DNA from: Mobula hypostoma
Taxonomy: Eukaryota
Direction of reading: 5' to 3'
DNA: 64,000 nucleotides
Assembly: GCF_963921235.1 (NCBI RefSeq)
Contig: NC_086108.1
Span: forward strand, 78,122,001 to 78,186,000
In this document: piece by piece, positions 50,940-63,313 of the stretch
Layout of the letters: every line of letters starts with the position of its first letter
How positions within the stretch are numbered: the first letter of the stretch is position 1
Notes under the pieces: model-generated
Told to the model about the DNA's origin: nothing
Databases searched by the model: none
The model's input: the letters and a program-made list of their open reading frames with translations, nothing else
Program-made: the position numbers and the translations under genes

Positions 50940-51250
50940 GCTCACCCATTCCCTTTAACAGACTGGGACCCAGGTTTCCACACTGTTAAATTTCAATTAC
51001 AGATGCTCCTTCAACACACTAGGTTCCTGGTGCCCTTGTTCCCTTCAACACATTAACTTCTTGGTTCCCGCACTCATTCTAACACGCTGGGTTCCCAGAT
51101 TCTGTACTCTGTTTAAACTTAACAGGACTCCATTCCTATGCTTCCTGTCACCTGGCTAGGGTTCCATATTCTGTACTTCCTTTAAACTGACCTGTTTCTG
51201 TTTCCTACAGTCCCTTGAATCTTACTAGAGTCTTTAAACTTGATGAGTTC
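50940..51250. repeat. Degenerate minisatellite, units of roughly 35-40 bp
   Basis: Recurring ttcc(c)tt(t)aa(a)c...ggttcc...ct(g)t motifs. Confidence 0.5.
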
Positions 51251-53886
51251 AATGGAAAATATATTACTCTACAGTGAAAAAGTTGATTAAAATGTATGTT
51301 GGAATATCAATAGAAGTGGCATCCAACATTCTGGAGAATCTAAATTCAGCTCCAGCAAAGTCCCAAATCTGCTGGATTAAGAGTTTTTCTATCTAATACA
51401 CAAACAGTCTAATCCCCATTGAGAGTACAGGTGATTTTATGGGGAGCGGGTGGGATTTGGAAAGTGTTACGGGGTTTATGCGCTGTACCTGGAAAATGGT
51501 CCGTAAATGATTTTCTGTCTTGTAAGGCCACATTGTCAAGTCATGGGTTATGAAACAGATACTGGAAAAAAAGTTTATTTATTTACTGTTTCCACATATT
51601 CCACAAAAGTGAATTTTGTTTTGTATCTCAAATTTTTTGGGTAGTGACCTGTGAATTCTATAGAAGTGAATTGCCATTACCCAAACCATCATAATTTGAA
51701 GGTCAGCTGTAAATAGAAATCTGTCTGAAGTCACATAATATCTAAAGGAATGCTCCTTTGGCTTGCATTTGTATCACAGCTTATCATATCACCTTTCACA
51801 AGACCTTCATATTCACAAACATGAATGTATACATTTCTAAATCTCAATTTAAGTGATTTGTAGTGAAGGCTCATGGGCATTTTGTTCTTTAGGTGAATAC
51901 CAGTTTTACATAGAACAGTACAGCACAGGAATAGGCCCTTCAGCACACAATGTTGTGTCAAACTAACTAAATTGGTAATCAAATGGCTAACTAAACTAAT
52001 CTCTTCGACCTACACTATTCCATTTTCCTCACATTCATGTGCCTATCTAAATGTATCTTAAAATTCTCTAATGTTTCTGCCTTTAACACCACCCCAGGCA
52101 TCCACCACTCCGTGATTTAAAAACTTGCCCTTACATCTTTGAAATTATCCCCTCTCATCTTAAATGCATGCTGTCTGGTATTAGACGCTTCAACCCTTGG
52201 AAAAAGACAGTCTGTCTACTCTATCAATGCCTCTTACAAACCTCTATCAGAACTCCCCTCAGCCTCCAATACTCCAGAGAAAACAACACAAGTTTGTCCA
52301 AATTGTCATTATAGCATGTGCCCTCTAATTCAGGTAACATTCTGGTATACCTCTTCTGCACTCTCTCCAAAGCCTCAACATCCTTCCTAAAGTAGGGTGA
52401 CCAGAACTGTATGCAATACTCCAGATGCAGTCTAACTAAAGGTTTACAAAGCTGCAACATAACTTCCTGACTTTTGAATTCAGTGCCTCAACTAGTAACG
52501 GTAAGTGTGCCATATGCCGCCTTCACCATCTATCAGCTACTTTCGGGGAGCTATGAACTCGGACCCCGACATCCCTTTGCTCATCCACGTGTAAGGATCT
52601 TGTCCTTTTCAGTGTACTGTTTCTTTGTACTTTACCTACAAAGGTGCAACATTTCACGTTTGGCCAGGTTTGCTATTCCTCCGCCCACATCAACTGATCT
52701 ATATCCCATTGTATCCTTTGCCAGTCTTTTGCTCTATTCACAACAGCACCAATCTTCATATCATCCCATCCATTTACATTTTCATCCAGGTCATTTATTT
52801 ACATCACAAACAGCAGAGTTCTCAGCACAGATCCCTGCAGAACACCACTAATCACAGACTTCCAGCTCGAATAAGTCCCTTTGACCACTACCCTGTATCT
52901 TCTGTGGGCAAGCCAGTTCTGAATCCATACGGCCAATTCACCATGTATCCCATGTATCTTAATCTTCTGGATGAGCCTCCCACAAGGCACTTTGTCAAAT
53001 GCATTACTAAAATCCATGCAGACAACATCCACAGCTGTAACTTCATCAATCACCCTCATCACCTCATGGAAAAACTCAATCAGGTTACTAAGACACACAC
53101 AACTTGCCCTGCAAAAAGTCATGTTGGCTCTCCCTAATTATGGCATGGTTTTGCAAGTGCTCATAAATCTAATCCCTACAAATTTTCTCCAGTAATCTCC
53201 CTGCTAGTGACATGAGACTCATCAGTTCAGTTTCCTGGATTATCCTTGATTTACTACTTGAACAATGGAACAATATTGGCTACTCGCCAGTCTCCAGGAT
53301 GTCGTATGTGGCTAGAGAGGACACGAAAATATAGGCCAAGGCCCCAGCAATCTCTTTATTTGCCTCTCTCAATAATCTGGTGTGTATCCCATAAGGCCCT
53401 GAGGACTTGTATACCTTAATGCTCTTTAAGAAACATAACACTACCTCCTTCTTTACCTTGAAGTGCCCCCATATATCAATATACACAGCACTGATCCCTC
53501 TATTCTCCACATCATTCTCCTTGGTAAATACTGATGTAAAGTACTCATTAAGGATCTTGACCACATCCTCTGCATCTGAGCAAATGTTCCTCCGTTTATC
53601 TTCTCCCCAGTTATTCTTGCTCTCAATGTACAGTTTGTATAGAATGTCTTGGAATTATCTTTAATCCTACTTGCCAATCACTTTTTAAGGCCCCTCCTGA
53701 CTTTAATATTTCCCTTTTTTGAGGTCCTTTCTGGCTTCTTTATAATCCTCAAGGGTCTGGTTTGATTCTGGCTTCCTAGGATTTGCATACTTTTCCATTT
53801 TCTTCTTTACTAAATTTATCACCTCTCTCAATATCCAAGTTCTCCTACATTGCAATCTTTGTCCTCCTTTCTTACTGGAACATATC

Positions 53887-54339
53887 CACACATCCCACCT
53901 CTCCCGGAAGTTCTGGGAGTCTCCCGCATATTAATAGTGGCTCCCTGATGCCTGCAAATTCCGGAAATCAATTGTTTTGAGAGAGGGAGAGATGACAGAG
54001 TGTTCCAAAAAAAAAATATAAAACATACGTCACCCCAGACTACCCTAAAGTGTACCCCTGCCTAATAGGGGTCGACAATAATGACAGTGTTGCTCGCTGC
54101 ACTGTTTGCAACAGTGACTTTTCTATTGCCCATGGTGGGTTAAAACTGTAAAAGACATGTTGAGGTGAGTTTAACAGGTGTCATTCGTTCATTAACATAG
54201 CTAACGTTATTTAAACTAGCTGGCTAGCTGCTAAGGAGCTACTCTATTGCAGACATCCCACCTCTCCCGGAAGTTCCAGGAGTCTCCCGCAAATTGATGC
54301 TCCCTTCCTGAAATGAGTTTTTGCAGGGTGGGATGTCTG
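53887..54339. mobile_element. MITE with cagacatcccacc TIRs and 6-bp TSD (copy 1)
   Basis: TIR cacacatcccacc / ggtgggatgtctg; TSD catatc (53881-86) / catgtc (54340-45); internal repeat of the left end at ~54250. Confidence 0.85.
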
Positions 54340-54398
54340 CATGTCTATCCTATACCCTGTGTGTACAGTTGGTCTTTAAACAGCCACTACATGAGAGA

Positions 54399-55588
54399 CA
54401 AACAACAGGAATTCTGCAGATGCTGGAAATTCAAGCAACACACATCAAAGTTGCTGGTGAACGCAGCAGGCCAGGCAGCATCTGTAGGAAGAGGTGCAGT
54501 CGACGTTTCAGGCTGAGACCCTTCGTCAGGACTAACTGAAGGAAGAGTGAGTAAGGGATTTGAAAGTTGGAGGGGGAGATCCAAAATGATAGGAGAAGAC
54601 AGGAGGGGGAGGGATGAAGCCAAGAGCTGGACAGGTGATAGGCAAAAGCGGATACGAGAGGATCATGGGACAGGAGGTCTGGGAAGAAAGACAAGGAGGT
54701 GGGGGGGGACCCAGAGGATGGACAAGAGGTATATTCAGAGGGAGAAAAAGGAGAGTGAGAGAAAGAATGTGTGCATAAAAGTAAGTAACAGATGGGGTAC
54801 GAGGGGGAGGTGGGGCCTTAGCGGAAGTTAGAGAAGTCGATGTTCATGCCATCAGGTTGGAGGCTACCCAGACGGAATATAAGGTGTTGTTCCTCCAACC
54901 TGAGTGTGGCTTCATCTTTACAGTAGAGGAGGCCGTGGATAGACATGTCAGAATGGGATGTAGAACTAAAATGTGTGGCCACTGGGAGATCCTGCTTTCT
55001 GTGGCGGACAGAGCGTAGATGTTCAGCAAAGCGGTCTCCCAGTCTGCGTCGGGTCTCGCCAATATATAAAAGGCCACATCGGGAGCACCGGACGCAGTAT
55101 ATCACCCCAGTTGACTCACAGGTGAAGTGTTGCCTCACCTGGAAGGACTGTTTGGGGCCCTGAATGGTGGTAAGGGAGGAAGTGTAAGGGCATGTGTAGC
55201 ACTTGTTCCACTTACACGGATAAGTGCCAGGAGGGAGATCAGTGGGGAGGGATGGGGGGGGACCTCCTGTCCCATACACCCCCCTGCTTGTCTTTCTTCC
55301 CGGACCTCCTGTCCCATGCCCCCCACTCCCCCCGTCTGTCTTCCCGGACCTCCTGTCCCATGATCCTATCGTATCCCCTTTTGCCTATCACCTGTCCAGC
55401 TCTTGGCTCTATCCCTCCCCCTCCTGTCTTCTATCATTTTGGATCTCCCCCTCCCCTTCTAACTTTCAAATCCCTTACTCTTCCTTCAGTTAGTTCTGGT
55501 GAAGGGTCTCGGCCTGAAACGTCGATTGCACCTCTTCCTACAGATGCTGCCTGGCCTGCTGCGTTCACCAGCAACTTTGATGTGTGTT
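54399..55588 (-). mobile_element. Penelope-like element: GIY-YIG endonuclease fragment between inverted pLTR copies, 13-bp TSD
   Basis: ORF 54818..55279 CKWNKCYTC...FTCESTGVIYCVRCSRCGLLYIGET.R.L..RFAEH...HF...EE..LI..LGSL.PDGMN; ~54437-54695 is the reverse complement of ~55340-55588; TSD actacatgagaga 54386-98 / accacatgagaga 55589-601. Confidence 0.95.
54498..54533 (-). ncRNA. Minimal type I hammerhead ribozyme motif in a Penelope pLTR
   Basis: Minus strand AGTC-CTGACGA-AGG(GTCTCAG)CCT-GAAAC-GTC-GACT: stem I AGTC/GACT, core CUGANGA and GAAA, stem II AGG/CCU, GUC triplet, palindromic ACGU in place of stem III. Confidence 0.75.
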
Positions 55589-55934
55589 ACCACATGAGAG
55601 ATGTGTACTTACCCAAAAACAGCTGTTCCCAACTAACTCTGCCTAGTTCCTGCTTAATGTTCTTGTAATTTGCCTTGCACCAATTACATACTCTCCTGCA
55701 AGATCGTTACTTATTCTTACCAACAGCAATCTTAAAGCTTAAGGAGTTGTGGTCGCTGTTCCCTAACTGCTCACCCACTGAAAGGTCAGTTTACCTAGCC
55801 AGACTCACTGCCCAGCACCCGGTCCAGTACAGCCCCTGCTCTGTTGGATTATCTACATATTGATTTAAGAAACCCTCCTGGATGCACCCATCAAACTCTG
55901 CACCATCAAACCTCCCACATTCAGAAGATCCCAT

Positions 55935-56040
55935 TTTGTCTTGTGTGGGGCTTTTTTTTGTGCTGTATCGGAGCCAGAGTAACAATTATTTAGTTCTTCT
56001 GTAAACTTGTGTACTGGAAATGACATTAAGCAATCTTGAA
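55935..56040 (+). mobile_element. Short LINE 3'-UTR fragment nested in the CR1 APE region
   Basis: Interrupts CR1 APE; ends aatgacattaagcaatcttgaa. Confidence 0.5.
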
Positions 56041-57530
56041 ATTGAAGTCTTCCATGACAATAACTGTATGTTTTTGCACCTTAATCTGCCTGCATATCTG
56101 TTCCTCAATGTCCCAGTGGTTTTTGAAGTGTCTGTAGTAGTACAATCCCATCAATGTGATTGCATCCTTCCTATTTTTAAGTTCTGCCCATGTAGACACT
56201 GTGAGCGAGTCCTCCATTATGTGCCCTCTGAGTGCAGATGTGATATTGTCCCTGATTAGTAGTACAACCCCCCCCCCCAACCACCCCCATCTTTTCTAAA
56301 ACATAGAAACCCTGAGGCATTAAACAACCATTCCTATCCCTGTCTCAATCAAGTCTCGGTATTGGCCACAAGATCATAGTTCCATGTACTGATCCATGCT
56401 CATCATCTCTACCAATAATTCTAGTATTAAAATACACTCACTTCAAACTATCTATCACATCATATCTATTACTTTGCTCTTCTCTGTTTTTACAGACCCT
56501 GGCATCCACCTTCCTCTCCATCCCTCCACTTTCTGACCTGGTGCTATGGTTCCCTTTTCCCTTGTCAAACTAGTTTAAACCCTCCCAAGTAACACTAGGA
56601 GACCTTCCAGCCAGGATATCAGTTCCCGTCCAGTTTATATGCAACCTGTCCCTCTTGTACAGGTCACTACTACCCCAGAAAAGGTTTCAATTATCCAAGC
56701 ACCTGAAAGCCTATCCCCTGCACCAGATCCTCAGCCACTCAGTCATCTGTACCATCATCCTATTTGTGCCCTAACTAGCACATGGGATTGGGAGTAATCC
56801 AGAGACTACTATCTTGGAGGTCCTGTTCTTCAGCCTCTTTCCTAACTCCCTGTACTCACTGCGCAAGACCTCTTTCACTTTTCTACCTATGTCATTGGTG
56901 CCAGTGTGCACCATGACCTCTGGCTGCTGATCCTTCCTCCTGAGCATCTTCTACAGCCCATCTGAAACATCCTCAACCGTAGCATCCAGGAGGCAATGCA
57001 GAGTCATGGCATTTCTTCCATGGCCACAGAATCTTCTGGCCGTCCCACGAATTGTTGAGTCTCCTGTTGCTACTGCACTACCTGACCTTACCCTTCCCTG
57101 CTGAGCCTCCGAGCCATCCACAGTGCTATTGACCTGGCTACTCTTGCTGTGCCTTGATAGGTCATCGCCCCCTCACCCATTGCGCCAGCAGTATCTAAAG
57201 GGGTATACATGTTGCGGAGGGGAACACCACTGTGGAACCTTGCACTAACTGCCCAGTGCCCTTGCTTCTCCTGGTGGTCACCCATCTACTATCTGAAGCC
57301 TGCATTTTGGGTGTGACCACCTCAGTAAACATCTCATCTATGAGGCTTTTATCTTCCCAGCTGATCCTGAGTATATTCAGCTCCAGTTCCTTGACCTTGT
57401 CAGTCAGGGGGTGAAGTTAGGTGCACTTCCTGCAGATGTAGTCATTAGGGATTGGTCTTGAATGTAAAGCATAACTTCCAGCAATATTTAGGGAATCACA
57501 GGTCAATAGAAGGCATTCATAGTAATGAGT

Positions 57531-57702
57531 AAACATGAGGAATTCTGCAGATGCTGGAAATTCAAGCAACACATCAAAGTTGCTGGTGAACTCTTCCTTC
57601 AGTTAGTCCTGTCGAAGGCTCTCGGCCCGAAACATCGACTGTACCTCTTCCTAGAGATGCTGCCTGGCCTGCTGCGTTCACCAGCAACTTTGATGTGTGT
57701 TG
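57531..57702. mobile_element. 172-bp Penelope fold-back mini-element with hammerhead motif and 13-bp TSD
   Basis: Perfect TSD catagtaatgagt 57518-57530 / 57703-57715; inverted arms acacatcaaagttgctggtgaac / gttcaccagcaactttgatgtgt; hammerhead-like motif at 57605-57640. Confidence 0.9.
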
Positions 57703-57987
57703 CATAGTAATGAGTCCTAATTTTTACTGAAACTTATGGTTTATTATCTTGGATTAGTAGTTGCCACTAATTTAACGAAACTTTGTAGGCTTATAGAAAT
57801 GTAGCATCTTACTGATAAAAACAGAACTTTTAAAATGAAAGTATTTTACATATTCTTTTAGTGACACATTTTTATACCTGATCTTGAGGACTTGATAAAT
57901 AATACAGTATGTTTATATTTCCATTTTATTTCAATTGTTTTCTGATATATGCTGCACTGATCTTCTAAGTTATTAATCTGTACATTT

Positions 57988-58499
57988 CAGACATCCCACC
58001 CTGCAAAAACTCATTTCAGGGAGGTAGCACCATCAATTTGCGGGAGACTCGCGGAACTTGCGGGAGAGGCAGGATGTCTGCAATAGAGTAGCTCCTTAGC
58101 AGCTAGCCAGCTAGTTTAAATAGTGTTAGCTATGCTAATGAATGAATGACACCTGTTAAACTCGCCTCAACATATCTTTTACAGTCTTAAGCCACCATGG
58201 GCAATAGAAAAGTCACTGTTGCAAATAGCGCAGCGAGCAACACAGTCATTATTTTGACCCTTATTAGGCAGGGGTACACTTTAGGGTAGTCTGGGGTGAC
58301 GTACGTTTTACATTTTTTTTTGAAACACTCTGGCGTGGCGCACTCTCGCTTTCTCTCGCTCTCGCGCTCTCTCTTGCTTTTTCTCGCTCGCTCTCAAAAA
58401 AATTGATTTCCATGATATTGCATATAATTTGTGGGCATCAGGAACCCACTATTAATATGCGGGAGACTCCCGGAACTTCTGGGAGAGGTGGGATGTCTG
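57988..58499. mobile_element. MITE with cagacatcccacc TIRs and 6-bp TSD (copy 2, opposite orientation)
   Basis: Perfect 13-bp TIRs; perfect TSD acattt 57982-57987 / 58500-58505; reverse-complement homologue of 53887-54339. Confidence 0.9.
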
Positions 58500-60466
58500 A
58501 CATTTTAATGCAATTATTAGGGTTGTTTACCATTCAAAACTTGATTTGGTGAAGACAATTTCTCCTTGTTTGTTCAGTCACAACTTTAAATACTCTTATT
58601 AACTCTTAAAGTTTCTTGGTAATTTTAGAGTGTGTGACCAGTGATAGTTTTGCCATGATATAACTCCAAAATTAATGTGAAAGTGAAAAGTCTTAAATTT
58701 AATAAATACTTCGTAGCAATACCTTAATGTAGTTCGACATACTTTGTTTTCTTGCTCATAAAAAGTGTCAAATTGATTATAATGGATCACTATGCTTCAT
58801 TGCACTTGATTAGCTCAGTTTTATTCATAGTCTTTGGCTCTCATATTTTCTGGCATTGTAACAGAATGCAGATAAGTAAGCTAGAACAAAGGATTTTAAA
58901 GATATAAGCATAGGATAGTGTCATTTTTAAAACATTGATTTGCATATTTATCTTTATAACTGCTTGTGCATTTTTGTCAGGCAAATAATGCCAGAGATCT
59001 TAAGCCTCTTCATCTATGCAGTGTTTCCAAAAGCTTAGTGAACCTGTCAAACTAAGCTGCAACTTTTATCTGCTAGCCAGCTTCTAAGTGAACCTATTAT
59101 TCATTTAATTTGAGCAAATAGAATTTTTGGGGCTTAAAAGAGATAAACAGTGACTATTATCTACAATGTCATGGCCTGTTTTAAAGAATACTGTATTTTC
59201 TGATTTATTCGAAATAGATTAAAAGCAGAATGTGTGCACACTCCATCATTCATTGTTGTAAATCTAAAATAATCTCAAATTCCTATGTTTCTCAGTTGGA
59301 GCTTGAAGGTACTCATTCCCATTCCTTAATCAAACAGCAGTTAAACTTTGAATGACCCACTTCATTATTTAAACAGGAGTGAAACACCAGCTTGTATTAG
59401 ACCTGTCAGTTTAACATAATTTTCAGAAATGTTCCTAGAATCCATCATTGTGCAGAGTGGACAAGCATGCATTGTTCAAATAGGTCATTGTTTGACTGTA
59501 GTCACTATGTTCCTTGAGAAGGTCACTGATGTGTTAGCAGGGGAATGGCCATGTCCCTGGCTACAGTATATGAACTTCTGAAAGGTATTTTATCCAGTTC
59601 TTCACAAAAGATTTCTAACAAAAAATGAAACTTGTTTTTCCATGAATTTCTAAGCTAAAGCAATTTACTGTTTAAAGTGATAATGGAAGTTGATAGATGA
59701 AAGTGAGAAAATTAAAGGGTAGCTCTCCCATTGATTGGTGAGCCTTTGATTTTATCTGTCTCCTGTCCTCAAACACCACTGTATTGTCCTGAGTCTTTCA
59801 CTGGGAATCCCACTGTCCTAGTTGGCAAAGCTCTGCATGCATAAGTGGATGGCTGCACTCCCGGCAGGTCTTTGACAGCCTATGATTCCGTGACTCCAGG
59901 GTCATTGGCACTTAGTGTTGTTTATGAAGAATTTTACTTCCACAAGCTTTCAAAAACAGGTGAAATATATTAGTCATAATAACATCAGAAAATATTGATT
60001 ATAATTCTAAATTAGTCTCTCACAGTTGGAATTAGTTCAATAATTTACTGCACCAAATTAAAGCAAAATTTCTGGTGTTTTTCCAGTAGCTGCTTCTTCC
60101 TTTTCACTTCAGTAACACGGGTGAACTTGTACAAGCTAACATTGCTCAGGCTTGGAGACAGATTTCCAAGCCTAAGAGCTAGGAGCTCTAGGCTGCTCTA
60201 TGAATTCCATGTATTTACCGGCACAGGACAGGTTTCCCAAGGATTGGTTCTTAACTGGATTGGAAGACTATACTTCAGTGAATCCAATCTCCCACCCAGT
60301 TAAATGCAATAAGTCCCACAGAACTGCATAGAACTACCACCTTTCCAGCAGAAAATATCCCTCGCTATTATTCCAAACTCAAAAGGAGTTGAAATCAAAA
60401 CCATAACTTTCATAAGTAAAACTGATAATGCATTTTTTTACCCCATCAGTGAAGGAAATGGAAATA

Positions 60467-61315
60467 TGTGGTGATATAGAATTGAGTCTGGTTTTATAAA
60501 ACCAATCAAACATTTATTAAGCTCTGCTCAATATTAAAAAAAATAAACAAACAAAACTCTTAACCGGAAGTAAACTGCTATGCGGCCATTTAACAAACCG
60601 CCACTCAGTACTAGTTCTTAAAGTGAGAGATGCAAAAACAGTTCTTAAAGTGGTAAATTCAAACAGTTCTTAGAATGGTAAATTCGAAGTCCAAGAGATT
60701 TATACAGTCAATTAGGAGAGACTTGCCTGAAGTAAAGAATTCCTCAAAGACACGACGTCACTGCCGATCCCAGCCGGATCCTGCCTTGTCCGCAGGATTC
60801 ATGATGACAGAAATAAAGCGGTTTAAAGGCACTGACCTTTCCCTCTGGATACTAGATACTACACAGCCTTTTCTGCTGCTTTTAGCAGAGGCTATCTCAT
60901 GCAGGTCACTCTTTCTTCAACGAATTCAATAATGGTTGATCCTTTCAACCGTCAAACGACTCCTTCAGGTTCCCGTCTTCACTCTCCAATACTACTGAAA
61001 AGGTACATCAACAAATCTGGCCACTATTGGTTAAACTGCCGGCCCAACACTTTTGTACTTTATAATAGAACATAAAACTCTGTTTTAAATCAAAACTGCG
61101 TCATAAGGCAAATACGCAGCGGAGTGGGGTATCTAGTTGATGTTCTAACTGGAAAACTAACTGCGTCACCAGGGGTCTACACTTGTATACCTGGTGAGAA
61201 CAGGTCATCACGTGATCTCACATCGGTGGGAAAATTCATCATGTGACCTCCGCAAGACCATTACATTACATCATCCTCACAAGACAGTCACAAGATATCC
61301 ATGAGGTATGTAAAA
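60467..61315 (-). mobile_element. Probable solo LTR (~850 bp)
   Basis: CpG-richer than flanks; minus strand begins with tgttaca-like ttttacatacc and has aataaa near the other end (tttatt ~60507); no clear TSD. Confidence 0.45.
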
Positions 61316-61726
61316 ATTGCGTTCCCAAAAAGACTGGGTACTGGGCCAATGGAAATGTTCAAGAATGAGATCCCTAAGTAAAAGAAATAATTAGATTTGA
61401 TCAAGGATTATATGTTTGGGGCTTTTCTTCTGTTTCATGGATGTCTGTGAAGAGTAAGAATCTGTTTGTATACTGTACACATTCTCTGATATTAAATGGA
61501 ACCATTGAATAAAGTGTACTTAAATGGAGTGCAACAGTAACAGGGTACATTCATTAGAAAATTGGTTCAAGTGTGAACAATGACTCCACCCACGAGGAAG
61601 TGTGCACATTTTGACAGACTTCAACCCAGTTGTTGGGCTGTCGTGTGAGTGGCAGAATGTATTGATGCCACAGGGCAGAGTCATCTAGAGACATTGAGTC
61701 ACAAGACAGTCACACCACCATAAGTA

Positions 61727-63313
61727 CAAACCCCATTTCCAGAAAAGTTGGGATATTTTCCAAAGTGCAATAAAAACAAAAATCTGTGGTATGTTAATTC
61801 ACGTGAACCTGTATTTAACTGACAAAAGTACAAAGAAAAGATTTTCAATAGTTTTACTGACCAACTTAATCGTATTTTGTAAATATACACAAATTTAGAA
61901 TTTGATGGCTGCAACACTCAACAAAAGTTGGGACAGAGTTAAAATAAGACTGAAAGGTGCACAGAATATTCAAGTAGCACCGGTTTGGAAGACTCCACAT
62001 TAAGCAGGCTAATTGGTAGCAGGTGAGGTATCATGACTGGGTATAAAAGTAGCGTCCATCAAAGGCTCAGTCTTTGCAAGCAAGGATGGGTCGTGGCTCA
62101 CCCCTTTGTGCCAAAATTCGTGAGAGAATTGTTAGTCAGTTCAAAAGGAACATTTCTCAACGCAAGAGGGAATTTAGGTCTTTCAACATCTACAGTACAT
62201 AATATTGTGAAAAGATTCAGAGAATTCAGAGACATCTCAGTGCGTAAAGGGCAAGGTCGGAAACCACACGTGATCTTCGAGCCCTCAGGCAGCACTGCCT
62301 AAGAAACTGTCATGCTACTGTGACAATTATAGCCATCTGGGCTTGGGAGTACTTCGGAAAACCATTGTCACTCAACACAGTCCGTCGCTGCATCCAGAAA
62401 TGCAACTTGAAACTGTATTACGTAAGGAGGAAGCCATACATCAACTCTATGCAGAAATGCCAGCAAGTTCTCTGGGCCTGAGCTCATCTCAGATGGACCG
62501 AAAGACTGTGGAACCGTGTGCTGTGGTCAGATGAGTCCACATTTCAGCTAGTTTTCATAAAAAAACGGGCATTGAGTTCTCCGTGCCAAAGATGAAAACG
62601 ACCATCCAGATTGTTATCAGCGAAAGGTGCAAAAGCCAGCATCTGTGATGGTATGGGGGTGCATCAGTGCCCACGGCATGGGTGAGTTGCATGTATGTGA
62701 AGGTACCATTGACTCTGAAACGTATATTAGGATTTTAGAGAGACATATGTTGCCATCAAGGTGACATCTCTTCCCGGGACGTCCATGCTTATTTCAGCAG
62801 GACAATGCCAGACCACATTCTGCACGGGCTATAACAGCGTGGCTTTGTAGAGACAGAGAGCGTGTGCTTGACTGGCCTGCTGCCAGTCCAGATCTATCTC
62901 CTATTGAAAATGTATGGCGCATCATGAAGAGGAGAATCAGACAACGGAGACCACGGACTGTTGAGCAGCTGAAGTCTTGTATCAAGCAAGAATGGACAAA
63001 ATTTCCAATTGCAAATCTACTACAATTAGTATCCTCAGTTCCAAAACGATTAAAAGGTGTTATTAAAAGGAAAGGTGATGTAACACAATGGTAAACATGA
63101 CTCTGTCCCAACTTTTGTTGAGTGTGTTACAGCCATCAAATTCTAAATTTGTGTATGTTTACAAAATACAATTCAGTTAGTCAGTAAAACTATTGAAAAT
63201 CTTTTCTTTGTACTTTTGTCAGTTAAATAAAGGTTCACATGAATTAACATATCACAGATTTTTGTTTTTATTGCATTTTGGAAATATCCCAACTTTTCTG
63301 GAAACTGGGTTTG
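61727..63313 (+). mobile_element. Full-length Tc1-family (DD34E) transposon with ~213-bp IR/DR TIRs
   Basis: TIRs 61727-61939 and 63100-63313, each with two aaagttggga repeats; TA TSDs 61725-26 and 63314-15. Confidence 0.97.
62086..63094 (+). pseudogene. Tc1 transposase pseudogene
   Basis: MGRGSPLC, STSTVHNIVKRFRE, WSDES, VMVWGC, FQQDNARPH, WPAASPDLSPIENVW (34 residues between D and E); deletions, frameshifts and TGA stops. Confidence 0.95.

Larger units (their letters stand above)
51908..57445 (-). mobile_element. Old near-full-length CR1 (ORF1 + ORF2) hosting several nested insertions
   Basis: ORF1 esterase remnants at ~56580-57440; APE (GGGVVLL, MEDFNF); RT (MDFSNAFDKVPC, SGVLQGSVL); 3' tail catagaacagtacagcacagg at ~51909. 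Confidence 0.88.

Noticed and set aside
30409..57702. Recurring ~30-40-bp motifs (gttgctggtgaacgcagc..., gaagggtctcggcc...) as a CRISPR array
   Set aside because: Dispersed on both strands with no regular spacers and no cas genes; they are Penelope termini
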